Positions 25,790-35,307 of a stretch of DNA of 64,000 nucleotides are shown one piece after another (positions within the stretch are counted from its first letter, which is position 1; every line of letters starts with the position of its first letter). The notes under the pieces were generated by a model, which made no database searches, had not been told where the DNA came from, and was given only the letters and a program-made list of their open reading frames with translations. The position numbers and the translations under genes were made by a program. The DNA comes from Elusimicrobiota bacterium (GTDB lineage Bacteria; Elusimicrobiota; Elusimicrobia; UBA1565; JACRDR01). The stretch lies in assembly GCA_041694815.1 (NCBI GenBank), contig JBGFSC010000007.1, positions 64,138 through 128,137 on the forward strand. Reading direction: 5' to 3'.

Positions 25790-27055
25790 ATGGAACACCC
25801 GCGCGGGCTTTACGTGCTCTTCTTCACCGAGATGTGGGAGCGCTTCTCGTATTACGGGATGCGGGCCCTTCTGGTCTATTACATGACCAAGCAGCTCCTT
25901 TTTTCCCAGAGCCAGTCCTCGCATATCTACGGGCTCTACACCGGCTTCGTCTATTTCACCCCGTTCTTCGGGGGGCTTCTGGCCGACCGCCGCCTGGGCC
26001 AGCGCAAGGCCGTCATCCTGGGCGGGGTGCTCATGGCCATCGGTCATTTCCTGATGGCCTTCGAGAGCCTGTTCTTCGCCGCGCTCGTGTTCTTGGTCCT
26101 GGGCAACGGCTTCTTTAAGCCCAATCTGTCGACGCAGGTGGGCAGCCTCTATCCGGCCGGAGACCACAGGCGCGACCGGGCCTTCAGCATCTACTACGTC
26201 GGGGTGAACCTGGGGGCCTTCCTGTCGCCCTTGGTCTGCGGCACACTGGGCGAAAGGTACGGCTGGCATTACGGTTTCGCGACGGCCGGCATCGGGATGG
26301 TGATCGGCCTGCTGATCTACCTATGGGGCCAGAAGCATCTGGCGCCGGATAACATCACGAAAAGCGGCGGCGAGGCCGCGGCCCCACTCTCGCGCGACGA
26401 CAAGAGCAAGATCGCGGCGCTGGTGGTGCTCTGCGCCTTCAACATACTCTTCTGGGCCATCTATGAGCAGCAGGGAAACACCCTGGCGCTGTGGGCCGAC
26501 GCCAACACCGACCGGAGGCTCTTCGGCTGGGAGATGCCGGCCTCCTGGGTGCAGTCCTTCAACCCGGCGATGATATTCCTATTCACCCCGCTTCTGACCT
26601 CCTTCTGGGCCTGGCAGGCCAAGCGCGACAAGGAACCGAGCAGCATGGTGAAGATGGCCATCGGCTGCATACTGCTGGGCCTGTCCTTCCTCGTCATGAT
26701 CCCCCCGGCCCGGGCCAGTGCGGCCGGCCAGGCGGCGGGGCTGGGCTGGCTGACGGCCTGCCTGGCGATCCTTACCCTGGGAGAGCTCTATCTCTCGCCC
26801 GTCGGCCTATCGCTAGTGACGAAGCTCGCTCCGGCGCACATGGTCTCGATGCTCATGGGCATGTGGTTCTTGTCGAGCTTCTTCGGCAATTATCTGGCCG
26901 GATACCTGGGCACGTTTTGGGAAACGATGAGCAAGGAAAGCTTCTTCCTAATGCTGGCGGGGCTCTCGGCCGCCGCCGGGGTCGGGATCCTCATCGTGCT
27001 CAAGCCGCTCAAGAAGGCCATCGGGCACGGCCGTGAGCAAGCGCTGGATGTTTGA
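25790..27055 (+). CDS. POT/PTR-family peptide MFS transporter
   Basis: HPRGL...EMWERFSYYGMR, GNGFFKPN, GELYLSPVGLS; ATG 25790 preferred as start. Confidence 0.95.
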   Translation: MEHPRGLYVLFFTEMWERFSYYGMRALLVYYMTKQLLFSQSQSSHIYGLYTGFVYFTPFFGGLLADRRLGQRKAVILGGVLMAIGHFLMAFESLFFAALVFLVLGNGFFKPNLSTQVGSLYPAGDHRRDRAFSIYYVGVNLGAFLSPLVCGTLGERYGWHYGFATAGIGMVIGLLIYLWGQKHLAPDNITKSGGEAAAPLSRDDKSKIAALVVLCAFNILFWAIYEQQGNTLALWADANTDRRLFGWEMPASWVQSFNPAMIFLFTPLLTSFWAWQAKRDKEPSSMVKMAIGCILLGLSFLVMIPPARASAAGQAAGLGWLTACLAILTLGELYLSPVGLSLVTKLAPAHMVSMLMGMWFLSSFFGNYLAGYLGTFWETMSKESFFLMLAGLSAAAGVGILIVLKPLKKAIGHGREQALDV

Positions 27056-27370
27056 TTAGGCTCCCGTAAATTCGACGTGATCCTTGCGCATGCCCTGCTC
27101 GATCCACTCTTCAAGCGACGCGAAAAATACCGTGGCCGGCCACTCGGGTGACGGCTCGGGCCGGCTACTCCAAGTCAGGTGTACGACAGCGAAACGACTG
27201 GAATGCCCGAATAAAGCGAATAGGACATCGTCGTTATCGGTCCGTCGCGCCACTGAAACGGCCTTGACCCCGTAGAGGGGATGGCCGGGGCGAAGCTCCC
27301 GAGCCAGTTCCTCCTCGAATCCAACGTCCGCCGGCAGCCAGGGGGGGAGCCAGTCGATATCGATCATCAA
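27056..27370 (-). CDS. Hypothetical protein
   Basis: ELARELRPGHPL...DDVLF...AVVHLTW; overlaps the yjbQ stop. Confidence 0.7.
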   Translation of the reverse strand: MMIDIDWLPPWLPADVGFEEELARELRPGHPLYGVKAVSVARRTDNDDVLFALFGHSSRFAVVHLTWSSRPEPSPEWPATVFFASLEEWIEQGMRKDHVEFTGA

Positions 27371-27759
27371 TCGATAAGGCGGCCAATAATGGAGCGCTCC
27401 CTCGGCCCGTTGAACTCCAAGAGCAGCACGCGCTGCCAGGTGCCGAGGGCCAGCCGCCCGTTTTCGATCGGCAGGCTGAGCGAAGGCCCGATGATGGAGG
27501 AGGCCATATGGTCCGGCGCGTGGGAGGGGTCGTGGCCGTGGCGGAAGCGGATCTTGGGGATCATGGACTCGGCCACCTCGAGAAGGTCCTCGCCCGTTCC
27601 CTCGCCCGATTCGCCGACGGCCAAGGCGGCGGTGGTGTGCTGGACGAACAAAAGGCAGACCGCGGCCTTCGAGGAGCCGAGCTTGCTTTCGACGAGATCG
27701 GTGATGTCCAGCACGTCCTTGGGACGCCTGGACTTTATCCTCAGGCTGAAGCCGGCCAT
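27367..27759 (-). CDS. yjbQ: YjbQ/UPF0047 family protein
   Basis: DITD, HTTA, LALGTWQ, EFNGPR. Confidence 0.9.
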   Translation of the reverse strand: MAGFSLRIKSRRPKDVLDITDLVESKLGSSKAAVCLLFVQHTTAALAVGESGEGTGEDLLEVAESMIPKIRFRHGHDPSHAPDHMASSIIGPSLSLPIENGRLALGTWQRVLLLEFNGPRERSIIGRLID

Positions 27760-27797
27760 GGAGTTAGTCTAGCATCCGCTGCCCCGCGCGGCAACGC

Positions 27798-27911
27798 TTA
27801 CGTGCAGCCGCGCAAGAGGAACAGGCCGAAGAGCACGGGCAGCGGCACCCCCAGCAGCCAGAGTATGGCCCAGCCGATTTTACCGTTTTGCGAACGCAGC
27901 GTTGTCTTCAT
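27798..27911 (-). CDS. 37-aa small membrane protein (not in ORF track)
   Basis: MKTTLRSQNGKIGWAILWLLGVPLPVLFGLFLLRGCT; TAGACT-GGAGGC-ATG upstream. Confidence 0.65.
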   Translation of the reverse strand: MKTTLRSQNGKIGWAILWLLGVPLPVLFGLFLLRGCT

Positions 27912-27966
27912 GCCTCCAGTCTATACGCGGGAGTTGTCGGCGGCGTGGAGTCGCTGTAACTCTTAC

Positions 27967-29052
27967 TTATATTAAGGAAACGGCGTAGGGGCTGGGTTTG
28001 CCGCGGAACCATCTTTCGGGAGGGACATAGTCCATCTGCCTCAGGGACAGGCCTACCCAAAGCGCCGCCACCGCGGCGTGCGCCAGCACCGCTCGGCGCA
28101 TATACTTTCGCGCCTGGGCCTCGTCCGTATCGGAAAGAAAAAAGACATCCCCCATCCCGGCGTCTGCCAAGCCCAGCGTGACGTTCGAAAGCAAGGAGTC
28201 GAAGAAGGGCAAGGCCTTCGGGGCACGCACGACCAGGCGCTCGGAGTCTACGGCTTCTGGCGCGTCCGCCCGCGTTTCGACGCGGCCCAGGACGTACACG
28301 GGGTCCCCATCGGCGATGAATTGGCGGCGCTCGCCCATCGAGAGCTCCTCCCTCCTTTTCGTGACGGCGACCTCGCAGAAGCGGACCCCGAAAAACAGCG
28401 GCGACCAGCTGGTGCGTATTTTGGCTTCCTTGGGGTCCACCAAAATCCGTCCCGTCCCGTCCTCCAGATAAAACGGCGGCAGCCGCGATTCCTCACGCAC
28501 CTCGTTGGCGTCGCTGGTTTTGACGGTGTAGACGCGGTGGCCGAGCACGGCCTCCGGCGGAAAGCCGTCGAGTGGCTTGCCGATGCGGCGGGCCCGGCCG
28601 CGCAATTCGCAGAGCCCTATGGCGGCCGATCTCGCGGCGGCCGTGGGTAAAAGCCGCGAATGCCAGGAGTGACGCCAGAACCATCGGGCCTCCAGGATCA
28701 GGGCGCAGACGCCGAACCAAACCCCGCTGGCGCCGGCGAAGGTTTCAAAGCCGGGCCCCGGCAGCAGCAGGCGGGCGACTTCGACCGCGGTAGGGCCTTC
28801 GGTGCGGGCGAGCAAGAAAAGGACGATATGCCGGAACGGGGCGAGATACCCGGCCAGGGCGACGGGCATCAACGCGAGCATTCCGATCGCCCTGTATGGG
28901 CCGATCCACGGAGATTGGGAAGGATTTCTCAGCGCGAAGGCTGCGCCGAGGGCGAAGAGAATGGTGAAGAGGATGATGAAGGGTTTCAGTAGAAGGCCGC
29001 CCAGGAAAAGAAGGAAGCCGTAGGCGAGTGAGAGGAATAAAGTCGTTTTCAT
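27967..29052 (-). CDS. Membrane protein with a GIDE-like domain
   Basis: N-terminal TMs; PT---RSAAIGLCELRG, PFYLEDGTGRILVDP, GDPVYVLG, FFLSD. Confidence 0.7.
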   Translation of the reverse strand: MKTTLFLSLAYGFLLFLGGLLLKPFIILFTILFALGAAFALRNPSQSPWIGPYRAIGMLALMPVALAGYLAPFRHIVLFLLARTEGPTAVEVARLLLPGPGFETFAGASGVWFGVCALILEARWFWRHSWHSRLLPTAAARSAAIGLCELRGRARRIGKPLDGFPPEAVLGHRVYTVKTSDANEVREESRLPPFYLEDGTGRILVDPKEAKIRTSWSPLFFGVRFCEVAVTKRREELSMGERRQFIADGDPVYVLGRVETRADAPEAVDSERLVVRAPKALPFFDSLLSNVTLGLADAGMGDVFFLSDTDEAQARKYMRRAVLAHAAVAALWVGLSLRQMDYVPPERWFRGKPSPYAVSLI

Positions 29053-29095
29053 CCCCTTACGAGGTCACGCTAGTTTTGACTACAGATGGACTGAT

Positions 29096-29572
29096 TCAGT
29101 TTACGTTCAGCGCCGTATTTAGTCTTCGCAAACTATTCTTCGGCCAAACCTTCTTCGTAACGTAATATTCGCGGAACGCAGGAGTCCCCTGGGGAAGCTT
29201 GACCCACGGCAGCTTCGCCCGAGTGTAGATGTGCATGTCGGGCTTAAGCGCGCTCGGGTCATCCAGCGTGCCGACGCGCACGAAGCGGATCTGCGGCCGC
29301 CGCCCGTAATCGCTCCACACAGCGACCTTGCACTTGCGGCAGCGGTAGATGTCATGCGGCGCGTGGGCGCGCGGCACCGCGACGGGCTCCGGCCTGCCGC
29401 GCAATCTCTTGATCAGCGACGTTTCGATGATGGCGTTGAGCACGAACGCGCTGCCCGTCTGCCTCTGGCAATTGCTGCAATGGCAGCAATGCACGCGCAT
29501 CGGCTTGGCCAGCAGCTCGTAGCGCACGGCTCCGCAGGCGCAGCCGCCCTGAAGCCTTTTCGCCATCAGCAC
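29096..29572 (-). CDS. GFA (glutathione-dependent formaldehyde-activating) family protein
   Basis: GGCACGAVRY, CHCSNCQR, C--C, GTLDDP. Confidence 0.92.
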   Translation of the reverse strand: MLMAKRLQGGCACGAVRYELLAKPMRVHCCHCSNCQRQTGSAFVLNAIIETSLIKRLRGRPEPVAVPRAHAPHDIYRCRKCKVAVWSDYGRRPQIRFVRVGTLDDPSALKPDMHIYTRAKLPWVKLPQGTPAFREYYVTKKVWPKNSLRRLNTALNVN

Positions 29573-29576
29573 GTTC

Positions 29577-29912
29577 TCACTTCGCCAGCCCGTGCAAGAA
29601 CCAATTGACCACCGACAAGACCGCCGCGAACGCCAGCGCCCACAGGAGGTTCGCCACCTCGAAGCCGGGCACGAGCAGCGTGACGAGCTGCACGCAGCCC
29701 CCGATGATGACGAAGGTAAACAGCCCCAGTGTAAGGATATTAATGGGAAGGGTGAGGATAAACAGCAGCGGCCTCAAAAACGCGTTGACGATGCCCAACA
29801 CCACCGCCGCGACCAGCGCGCTGCCGAAGCCCGCGACATGCACCCCGGGCAGCACATGGGCCGCCACGTAAACCGCGACGGCGCTCAGAAGCACATGGGC
29901 CAGGATCCGCAT
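29577..29912 (-). CDS. 4-TM 'phage holin family' (YvlD-like) membrane protein
   Basis: LGIVNAFLRPLL..LTLPINILTLGLF. Confidence 0.9.
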   Translation of the reverse strand: MRILAHVLLSAVAVYVAAHVLPGVHVAGFGSALVAAVVLGIVNAFLRPLLFILTLPINILTLGLFTFVIIGGCVQLVTLLVPGFEVANLLWALAFAAVLSVVNWFLHGLAK

Positions 29913-29982
29913 GGAGTGACGATCCCGTGACGGGATGCCGCCATTCTAGCATACTCTTGTAACTATTAGAGGTACGGCCCCT

Positions 29983-30387
29983 TCAACGCAACTTGCGGTC
30001 GAGGAAATCCAGAAGGGCGCCGCGCTCGTCGTCGATCTCCCGCGCCGTGCGCAAGCCCAGGCGCCGGAGCAACGGCATGGGCGGGCACCAGCCCTGCACG
30101 GAGTGCTGGAGCAAAAAAGCGGACACCACCCCCGAAAGCAGGTACCAACGCCGGTTGACGAAGGTTCCGAGTAAAATTCCCAACAAAGCGAAGCTGGCCG
30201 CGTTGGTCTCCAATACCCGCTCGATGTCCCATTCGACGTCGAGCTCGCCGAGGCGGCGCTCGATCGCCTGCCGGTCGGCCATGGCGTAGCGCTCGATGTT
30301 GCGCGTCGTCCGCCATTGGATGAGGTCGTTGATATCCTCGCGCGTATTGTCGCGCACCCGCGTCGCGGTCTTGGCGAAAATGGTCAT
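29983..30387 (-). CDS. DUF2892-like membrane protein
   Basis: EWDIERVLE...FLLQHSVQGWCPP...GLRT; GAGGTG SD. Confidence 0.8.
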   Translation of the reverse strand: MTIFAKTATRVRDNTREDINDLIQWRTTRNIERYAMADRQAIERRLGELDVEWDIERVLETNAASFALLGILLGTFVNRRWYLLSGVVSAFLLQHSVQGWCPPMPLLRRLGLRTAREIDDERGALLDFLDRKLR

Positions 30388-30441
30388 AATGTCACCTCAC
30401 TATTATGATACCACGAGGGTCGCGCCCGCCCTTTGACGCTT

Positions 30442-32334
30442 TTACGACGGTTTGAGGTCAATCCAATCCCAGGCGGAGCGGTGCGCGCCGGTTTTCTCGA
30501 AATGCTCCAGGAGATCGGCGAAAAGGGGTTGGGCGGCCACGGTGCCGCTGTCGCCGACCACGATAAGGCCGCGCCGCGCGCGGGTGAGCGCCACGTTGAG
30601 CCGGCGCCCGTCCTCGAGGAAGCCGATCTCCCCCTGGTCATTGGAACGGACCAAGGAGAGCAGCACCGCCTCCTTCTCGCGGCCCTGGAACCCGTCGACG
30701 GTGCCCACCTCGACGGCGGCGGGCACGAGCGCCTTGAGCGCGCGGACCTGGGCGACGTAGGGCGTGAGCACGGCGGCCGAGGAGGGCGGCAGCCCGGCCT
30801 CCAATAACTCGCGCAGGAGCCGCGCCACGAGGGAGGCCTCTTCGTCGTTGCGGCGGCTCTGCAGCCACTCGTCCCAGCTTTCTTGGTAGCCCGTGCCGGC
30901 GGTGTCGACGAAGCTCACGGGCCGCTCGGTCAAGCGGGTTTGAGCCACGCCGGGCAGCTCGCAGAGAAGGTGCGCGCGCACGGACTCGTCGGCGATGAGC
31001 TTGCCCCCGTAGAAGCGCCGGGAAGGGAAGTCCATGATGGCCTCGTGCATCCGGTACTGCACGCGCAGCATCTTCTTGGCCTCTTCCGGCAAAATTGGCA
31101 TGAGCCGCTCGAACATGGTCACCGCCAGGCCCTGCTTGGCCGCCGACTCGCTGTAGAGGGTCGGGGCCAGCTGCATGGGGTCTCCGGCGAAGACGGCCTT
31201 CTTGGCGCGCAGCACGGCGACCCAGGAGAGCGGCTCGGTGGCCTGGCTGGCCTCGTCTAGCACGGCTAGATCGAAGCTCTGCCGGCTCAAGAGGCGGCCG
31301 ATGGAGCCGTGCGTCGATAGGACCACCTGCGCGCCGCCTATGAGCTCGCGGACGATGGCCTCCTCGATGTCGCGCGCCTCGCGCCAGAGCCGCCCGATAT
31401 CGCGCTGGCGCTCGTGCCGCTCCTCCCAGCCGAGCTGGACGCGATCGGCGCGGCGGGAGCGCTGCCTCATGAGCCTCTCGCGCTCGAGGTCCAAGTCCCG
31501 GATGCGCTTATACTCCGGGTGCTCGTGGATCTGGAAGGCCAGCGTGGCGTGGCGCAGGGCCTCGAGCGTGCGTGCGGGGTGGCCGGCGCGCACTAGGCGA
31601 AGGCCCAGCGGCAACAGCTTCTCGAGCATGTTGTCGACGGCGATGTTGGAAGGGGCGGTGGCCAGAACGCGCTTGCCGGCGCGGGCGGCCTGCGTGATGA
31701 CCTCGACTAAGACCGTGGTCTTGCCGGTGCCGGGGGGGCCGTGGATCAAGGCCGCGTCGCGCGCGGCCAGGGCGGCCAGCACGGCCTCTTTTTGGAACTC
31801 GTTGAGCGCGGGGTTGCGGAAGGAGACCTCGCCGAGCTCCCCGATCTCGGCGGCGCGCTCGCCCAAGAGCACGTCGCGCAGCCGCGAGGCCTTGGGGCCG
31901 AGGCGGGGCGCTTCCTCCAGGGCACGCTTCATGCGCTTGTAGGTGGCGTCGGAGCCGATCAGGTGAACGCTCCAGCGCCCGCCGGGGAGCTTTTCGGGGA
32001 GCGCGGCGTTCATGGCCACCTGGATGTCGAACTCGCCCACGTCCATGAGCGTGCCGTCGAGTCGCTGGCCGGCGGGGGCCTCGACGCTGACCAAGTCCCC
32101 CCGGTTCATGGCGTGGAAGGGGCTGATCTCCTCGCCGGCGCTCCGGCGCGAGAGCTTGAGCACCGGGATGCCGCCTCCCATGGGGCCCGCCGATTCGGCC
32201 CAGAGCCGGGTGACGGTCTTGCCGGCCTGCTCGCGCAGGGCGGCGGGGAAGCGCTCGAGCTCGAGCTTATTCTGCTCGATCTCGGCCTCGCGCTCGATGT
32301 CGAGCAGCCGGGAGAGCTGCTGGAAGTGGCTCAC
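30442..32334 (-). CDS. SF1 Upf1/IGHMBP2-like helicase
   Basis: HGPPGTGKT, APSNIAVDN, DEASQ, GDPMQL, QYRM, GFQGREK, RLNVALTRA. Confidence 0.95.
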   Translation of the reverse strand: MSHFQQLSRLLDIEREAEIEQNKLELERFPAALREQAGKTVTRLWAESAGPMGGGIPVLKLSRRSAGEEISPFHAMNRGDLVSVEAPAGQRLDGTLMDVGEFDIQVAMNAALPEKLPGGRWSVHLIGSDATYKRMKRALEEAPRLGPKASRLRDVLLGERAAEIGELGEVSFRNPALNEFQKEAVLAALAARDAALIHGPPGTGKTTVLVEVITQAARAGKRVLATAPSNIAVDNMLEKLLPLGLRLVRAGHPARTLEALRHATLAFQIHEHPEYKRIRDLDLERERLMRQRSRRADRVQLGWEERHERQRDIGRLWREARDIEEAIVRELIGGAQVVLSTHGSIGRLLSRQSFDLAVLDEASQATEPLSWVAVLRAKKAVFAGDPMQLAPTLYSESAAKQGLAVTMFERLMPILPEEAKKMLRVQYRMHEAIMDFPSRRFYGGKLIADESVRAHLLCELPGVAQTRLTERPVSFVDTAGTGYQESWDEWLQSRRNDEEASLVARLLRELLEAGLPPSSAAVLTPYVAQVRALKALVPAAVEVGTVDGFQGREKEAVLLSLVRSNDQGEIGFLEDGRRLNVALTRARRGLIVVGDSGTVAAQPLFADLLEHFEKTGAHRSAWDWIDLKPS

Positions 32335-32427
32335 GCGTCCATTCTAGCATGGGTCCTTCGGCCCTTGTCGGGGCGCCGGAGCCAGGTTACAATGGAACTA
32401 ATTCACCCGCTCGATCGTATAAATGGC

Positions 32428-32715
32428 ATGAACCTTCGAACGCTAGCTACCAAAACGGACCTGGCAATTCTCAATCATGGGATTCGCGAGGTCGAAAAGA
32501 AGCTTGATTTCAAAATAGGTAAAGTGGCCGCGTATGTGATACGCGTCGAAGCGAAGATGGAGCGGATGGAAGAGCGCATCATCGATCGCATGGACAAGGG
32601 ATTTTCCAAGGTGCTAGAGCGTTTGGATGATTTTGCCGGAAAGCTCCGCGATCTCGACCAACGGCAGATCGTAACGAGTTACCGCGTCGACTGGTTGGAA
32701 AAGCGGCTGGATTAG
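32428..32715 (+). CDS. Small coiled-coil protein (LATK-DL type)
   Basis: MNLRTLATKTDL...heptad pattern; this is the C-terminal part of track ORF 31741-32715, whose upstream part is antisense to the helicase. Confidence 0.55.
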   Translation: MNLRTLATKTDLAILNHGIREVEKKLDFKIGKVAAYVIRVEAKMERMEERIIDRMDKGFSKVLERLDDFAGKLRDLDQRQIVTSYRVDWLEKRLD

Positions 32716-32719
32716 CGGC

Positions 32720-33412
32720 TCAGGGAAGATTCCAGATCGGGTGCCATTGCGGCACCAGGCGAACGTCCCGGCAGACATCCCGCGCCCGCTCTAAAAACTG
32801 CGCCGCGAGCGCGGGTTCGATCGATCGGACCGGGCCGATCGGGGTCGCCGGCTGCAGCACTAAAGGAACCTGCGGGAAATCCCCCATCAATTCGAGCACC
32901 CGGGCCCATTCCGACGGCGTCGAGCGGTCGGTCAGCACCACCTTGACGAAGGTTTTTTCGGGGCAGACCTCGAGGAATCGGCGATGGGCCGACCATAAGA
33001 CCCGCCGGGGGATCAAGGCGGAGGGAAGCTTGACGTCCATCGCGATCTGGTCGCACAGCGGAGCGAGCGGTCTCAAGGCGTCGGCAAGCGTGCCGTTGGT
33101 CTCGAGATAATTCTCCAGGCCCCGATCCCGGGCCCAAGGCATCATCTCGCGCAGGAAGCCGGCGTGCAGCAGCGGCTCACCTCCGGTCCAGGAGACGGAG
33201 CGGTGCGCGCGCTCTTTTTGGAGCTGCAGGATGCGCTTTTGCAGGCAGTCCCGACCCCAGGGCCTGCCCGAGGGAATAGGGATCGTCTCCGGCTCATCGC
33301 AGTAGTCGCAATGCAGGTTGCAGCCGCCGAAGCGAACGAATATCTGCCGCTCGCCCAGTCGCACGCCCTCGCCCTGAAGCGAGGAGAATATCTCGACGAT
33401 CCGGGCCTTCAC
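32720..33412 (-). CDS. queE: 7-carboxy-7-deazaguanine synthase (radical SAM)
   Basis: EIFSSLQGEG, CNLHCDYCD, TGGEPL, ETNGT, PQWH; GTG overlaps the queC stop. Confidence 0.93.
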   Translation of the reverse strand: MKARIVEIFSSLQGEGVRLGERQIFVRFGGCNLHCDYCDEPETIPIPSGRPWGRDCLQKRILQLQKERAHRSVSWTGGEPLLHAGFLREMMPWARDRGLENYLETNGTLADALRPLAPLCDQIAMDVKLPSALIPRRVLWSAHRRFLEVCPEKTFVKVVLTDRSTPSEWARVLELMGDFPQVPLVLQPATPIGPVRSIEPALAAQFLERARDVCRDVRLVPQWHPIWNLP

Positions 33413-34074
33413 GCGAGCGCCGGGTCGGGCAACCCCGCCTCCGAGAAGCCCTTGGCGCGCAGCTTGCAGGAATCGCAACGGCCGCAGGGCTTGGACCCGC
33501 CCGCATAGCAGGACCAGGTCGACTTCAGGGGGACCCCCAATCTCTTGGCTAGCCGGACGATGGCGGCCTTATCCAGCGAGACGAGCGGGGCCAGCACGCG
33601 TATGCCCCGGCCCTCGGTGCCGGAGCGCGTGCCGGCCTTAAGCGCCTTCTGAAAGGCCTTATGAAACGCCGGCCGGCAGTCGGGGTATCCTGAATAGTCC
33701 AGGGCGTTAGCCCCGGTGACGATGGCCGAGGCGCCGATCGAATCGGCCAGGCTCGCCGCCAGGGACAAGAGCAACGTATTGCGCGCGGGGACGTAGGTCG
33801 AAGGGATGCCTCCCGAGCCGATGCGCGGCAGCGGGACGTCGGGCAGCCGGCCTCGGCCCAGCAGCGAAGAGACCGACAGCCAGGGTAGGCGGAGCCGGAT
33901 CACCGAGAGGGGCACCGTGGCCTGTCGCGCCACGGCGCGCGCCGAACGCAGCTCCCGGGCGTGCCGCTGCCCGTAGAGCACCGAGAGCGCCCGGCAGCGG
34001 TAGCCGCGGGACTTGGCCCAGAAGAGGCAGGTGGAGGAATCGAGCCCCCCGGAGAGCAGGACGACGGCCTTCAC
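33409..34074 (-). CDS. queC: 7-cyano-7-deazaguanine synthase
   Basis: KAVVLLSGGLDS, TYVPARN, DYSGYPDC, TWSCY...CGRCDSC. Confidence 0.96.
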   Translation of the reverse strand: MKAVVLLSGGLDSSTCLFWAKSRGYRCRALSVLYGQRHARELRSARAVARQATVPLSVIRLRLPWLSVSSLLGRGRLPDVPLPRIGSGGIPSTYVPARNTLLLSLAASLADSIGASAIVTGANALDYSGYPDCRPAFHKAFQKALKAGTRSGTEGRGIRVLAPLVSLDKAAIVRLAKRLGVPLKSTWSCYAGGSKPCGRCDSCKLRAKGFSEAGLPDPALA

Positions 34075-34916
34075 CGCGCCTTGGCTTTTTCGGCGGGCGA
34101 GGGGAAGACGCCGGCGAGGGCCTTGCGGCATATCTCGCAGACCTCCGCCGAAGAGTTCTCCGAGCGGCCGAGCCATTCGAGGTAGGAGCGGTCGATCCGC
34201 GCGACCTCCTCGAGGGGGCGGCCGTGGTATTTGCCGAAATTGAACGTCGCCACGCCGTGCCGCCAAACGAACTTCCCCTTGGGGTCGACGTGCTTGGGGT
34301 CGACGGCGTTGCAGAGCTCGTGGATCGCTTGCAGGTCGGCGGGCAGGCTCTTGATCCCCTTGGGGTCCCCGTAGGCTGACAATTGCGCCTCGAACACCGC
34401 CAAGGCCGCCTCGGCGTCGGCCCTGGCGTGGTGCGCGTCCTCGAGCGTCTTGCCGCAGTAGAACTGCATGGCGGCGGCCAGGTTGCGCGGCTCCATCTTG
34501 TGGAAGATGATCAGGGCGTCGACGGCGCGCCGCCCCGCGAGGTCGAAGGGGAGTCCCGCGCGCTTGAACTCCGCCGAGAGCATGGGCAGGTCGAAGCGGC
34601 AGATGCCGAAGCCGCCGAAATCGCAGTCGCCGAAGAACTCGAGAAGCCGGGGGGCCAGCTCGCGGAAGCTCGGCGCGCCCCGGACCATCTCGTCGGTGAT
34701 GTGGTGCACCTGCGTGGCCTCGGCCGGGATGGGGATCTGCGGGTCGACCAAGGACTCGAAGCTCGAGCGCGAGCCGTCGACGCCTACGCGCACGCAGGCC
34801 ACCTGCACGATGCGATCGCGCGCGACGTCGACCCCGGTAGCCTCGAGATCGAAAAAAACGAGTGGACGATCAAGCTTGAGCGGCATGGTTTTCACCGCGG
34901 CGGGAGCCGTATTCAT
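34071..34916 (-). CDS. DEDDh 3'-5' exonuclease (DnaQ-like)
   Basis: FFDLEATG, FD, AHHARADA, FNFGKY; start at 34916 or 34886. Confidence 0.9.
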   Translation of the reverse strand: MNTAPAAVKTMPLKLDRPLVFFDLEATGVDVARDRIVQVACVRVGVDGSRSSFESLVDPQIPIPAEATQVHHITDEMVRGAPSFRELAPRLLEFFGDCDFGGFGICRFDLPMLSAEFKRAGLPFDLAGRRAVDALIIFHKMEPRNLAAAMQFYCGKTLEDAHHARADAEAALAVFEAQLSAYGDPKGIKSLPADLQAIHELCNAVDPKHVDPKGKFVWRHGVATFNFGKYHGRPLEEVARIDRSYLEWLGRSENSSAEVCEICRKALAGVFPSPAEKAKAR

Positions 34917-34920
34917 TTTA

Positions 34921-35307
34921 TCAATTTCGGCGGGCGACCAGCTCGATCTCGACGAGCGCCCCCTTGGGCAGCCCTGAGACCTCCACCGTGGCGCGCGCCG
35001 GGAAGGGGCCATGCCCCCCGAAGGCGCGGGAATAGGCCTCGTTCATGGCCTGGAAATCGCTCATGCTCTTGAGAAACACCGTGGTCTTAACCACGTGCTT
35101 AAAGCCGAGCCCGGCGGCCTCCAATATGGCCTCGAGGTTCTTGAGCACTCGCTCGGTCTGCGCCGCGGCGTCCTCGCCGGTGAGCCGGCCGGTCTGGGGG
35201 TCGAGCGGGATTTGTCCCGAGACGAAGACCAGGTCTCCCGATGAGACGGCCTGGGAATAGGGGCCGATCGCCTCCGGCGCCTTGGCGGTCGAAATCGCTT
35301 TTTTCAT
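34921..35307 (-). CDS. ridA: RidA-family enamine deaminase
   Basis: APEAIGPYSQA, SGQIP, PARATVEVSGLP. Confidence 0.93.
   Translation of the reverse strand: MKKAISTAKAPEAIGPYSQAVSSGDLVFVSGQIPLDPQTGRLTGEDAAAQTERVLKNLEAILEAAGLGFKHVVKTTVFLKSMSDFQAMNEAYSRAFGGHGPFPARATVEVSGLPKGALVEIELVARRN

Noticed and set aside
29577..29912. Prophage suggested by the 'phage holin family' gene
   Set aside because: This family is common in chromosomes and there are no endolysin, capsid or integrase genes nearby.
32720..34074. queC/queE as a Dpd or QatABCD-type defence system
   Set aside because: Canonical lengths and motifs in a housekeeping operon; no dpdA, TatD or ATPase partners.
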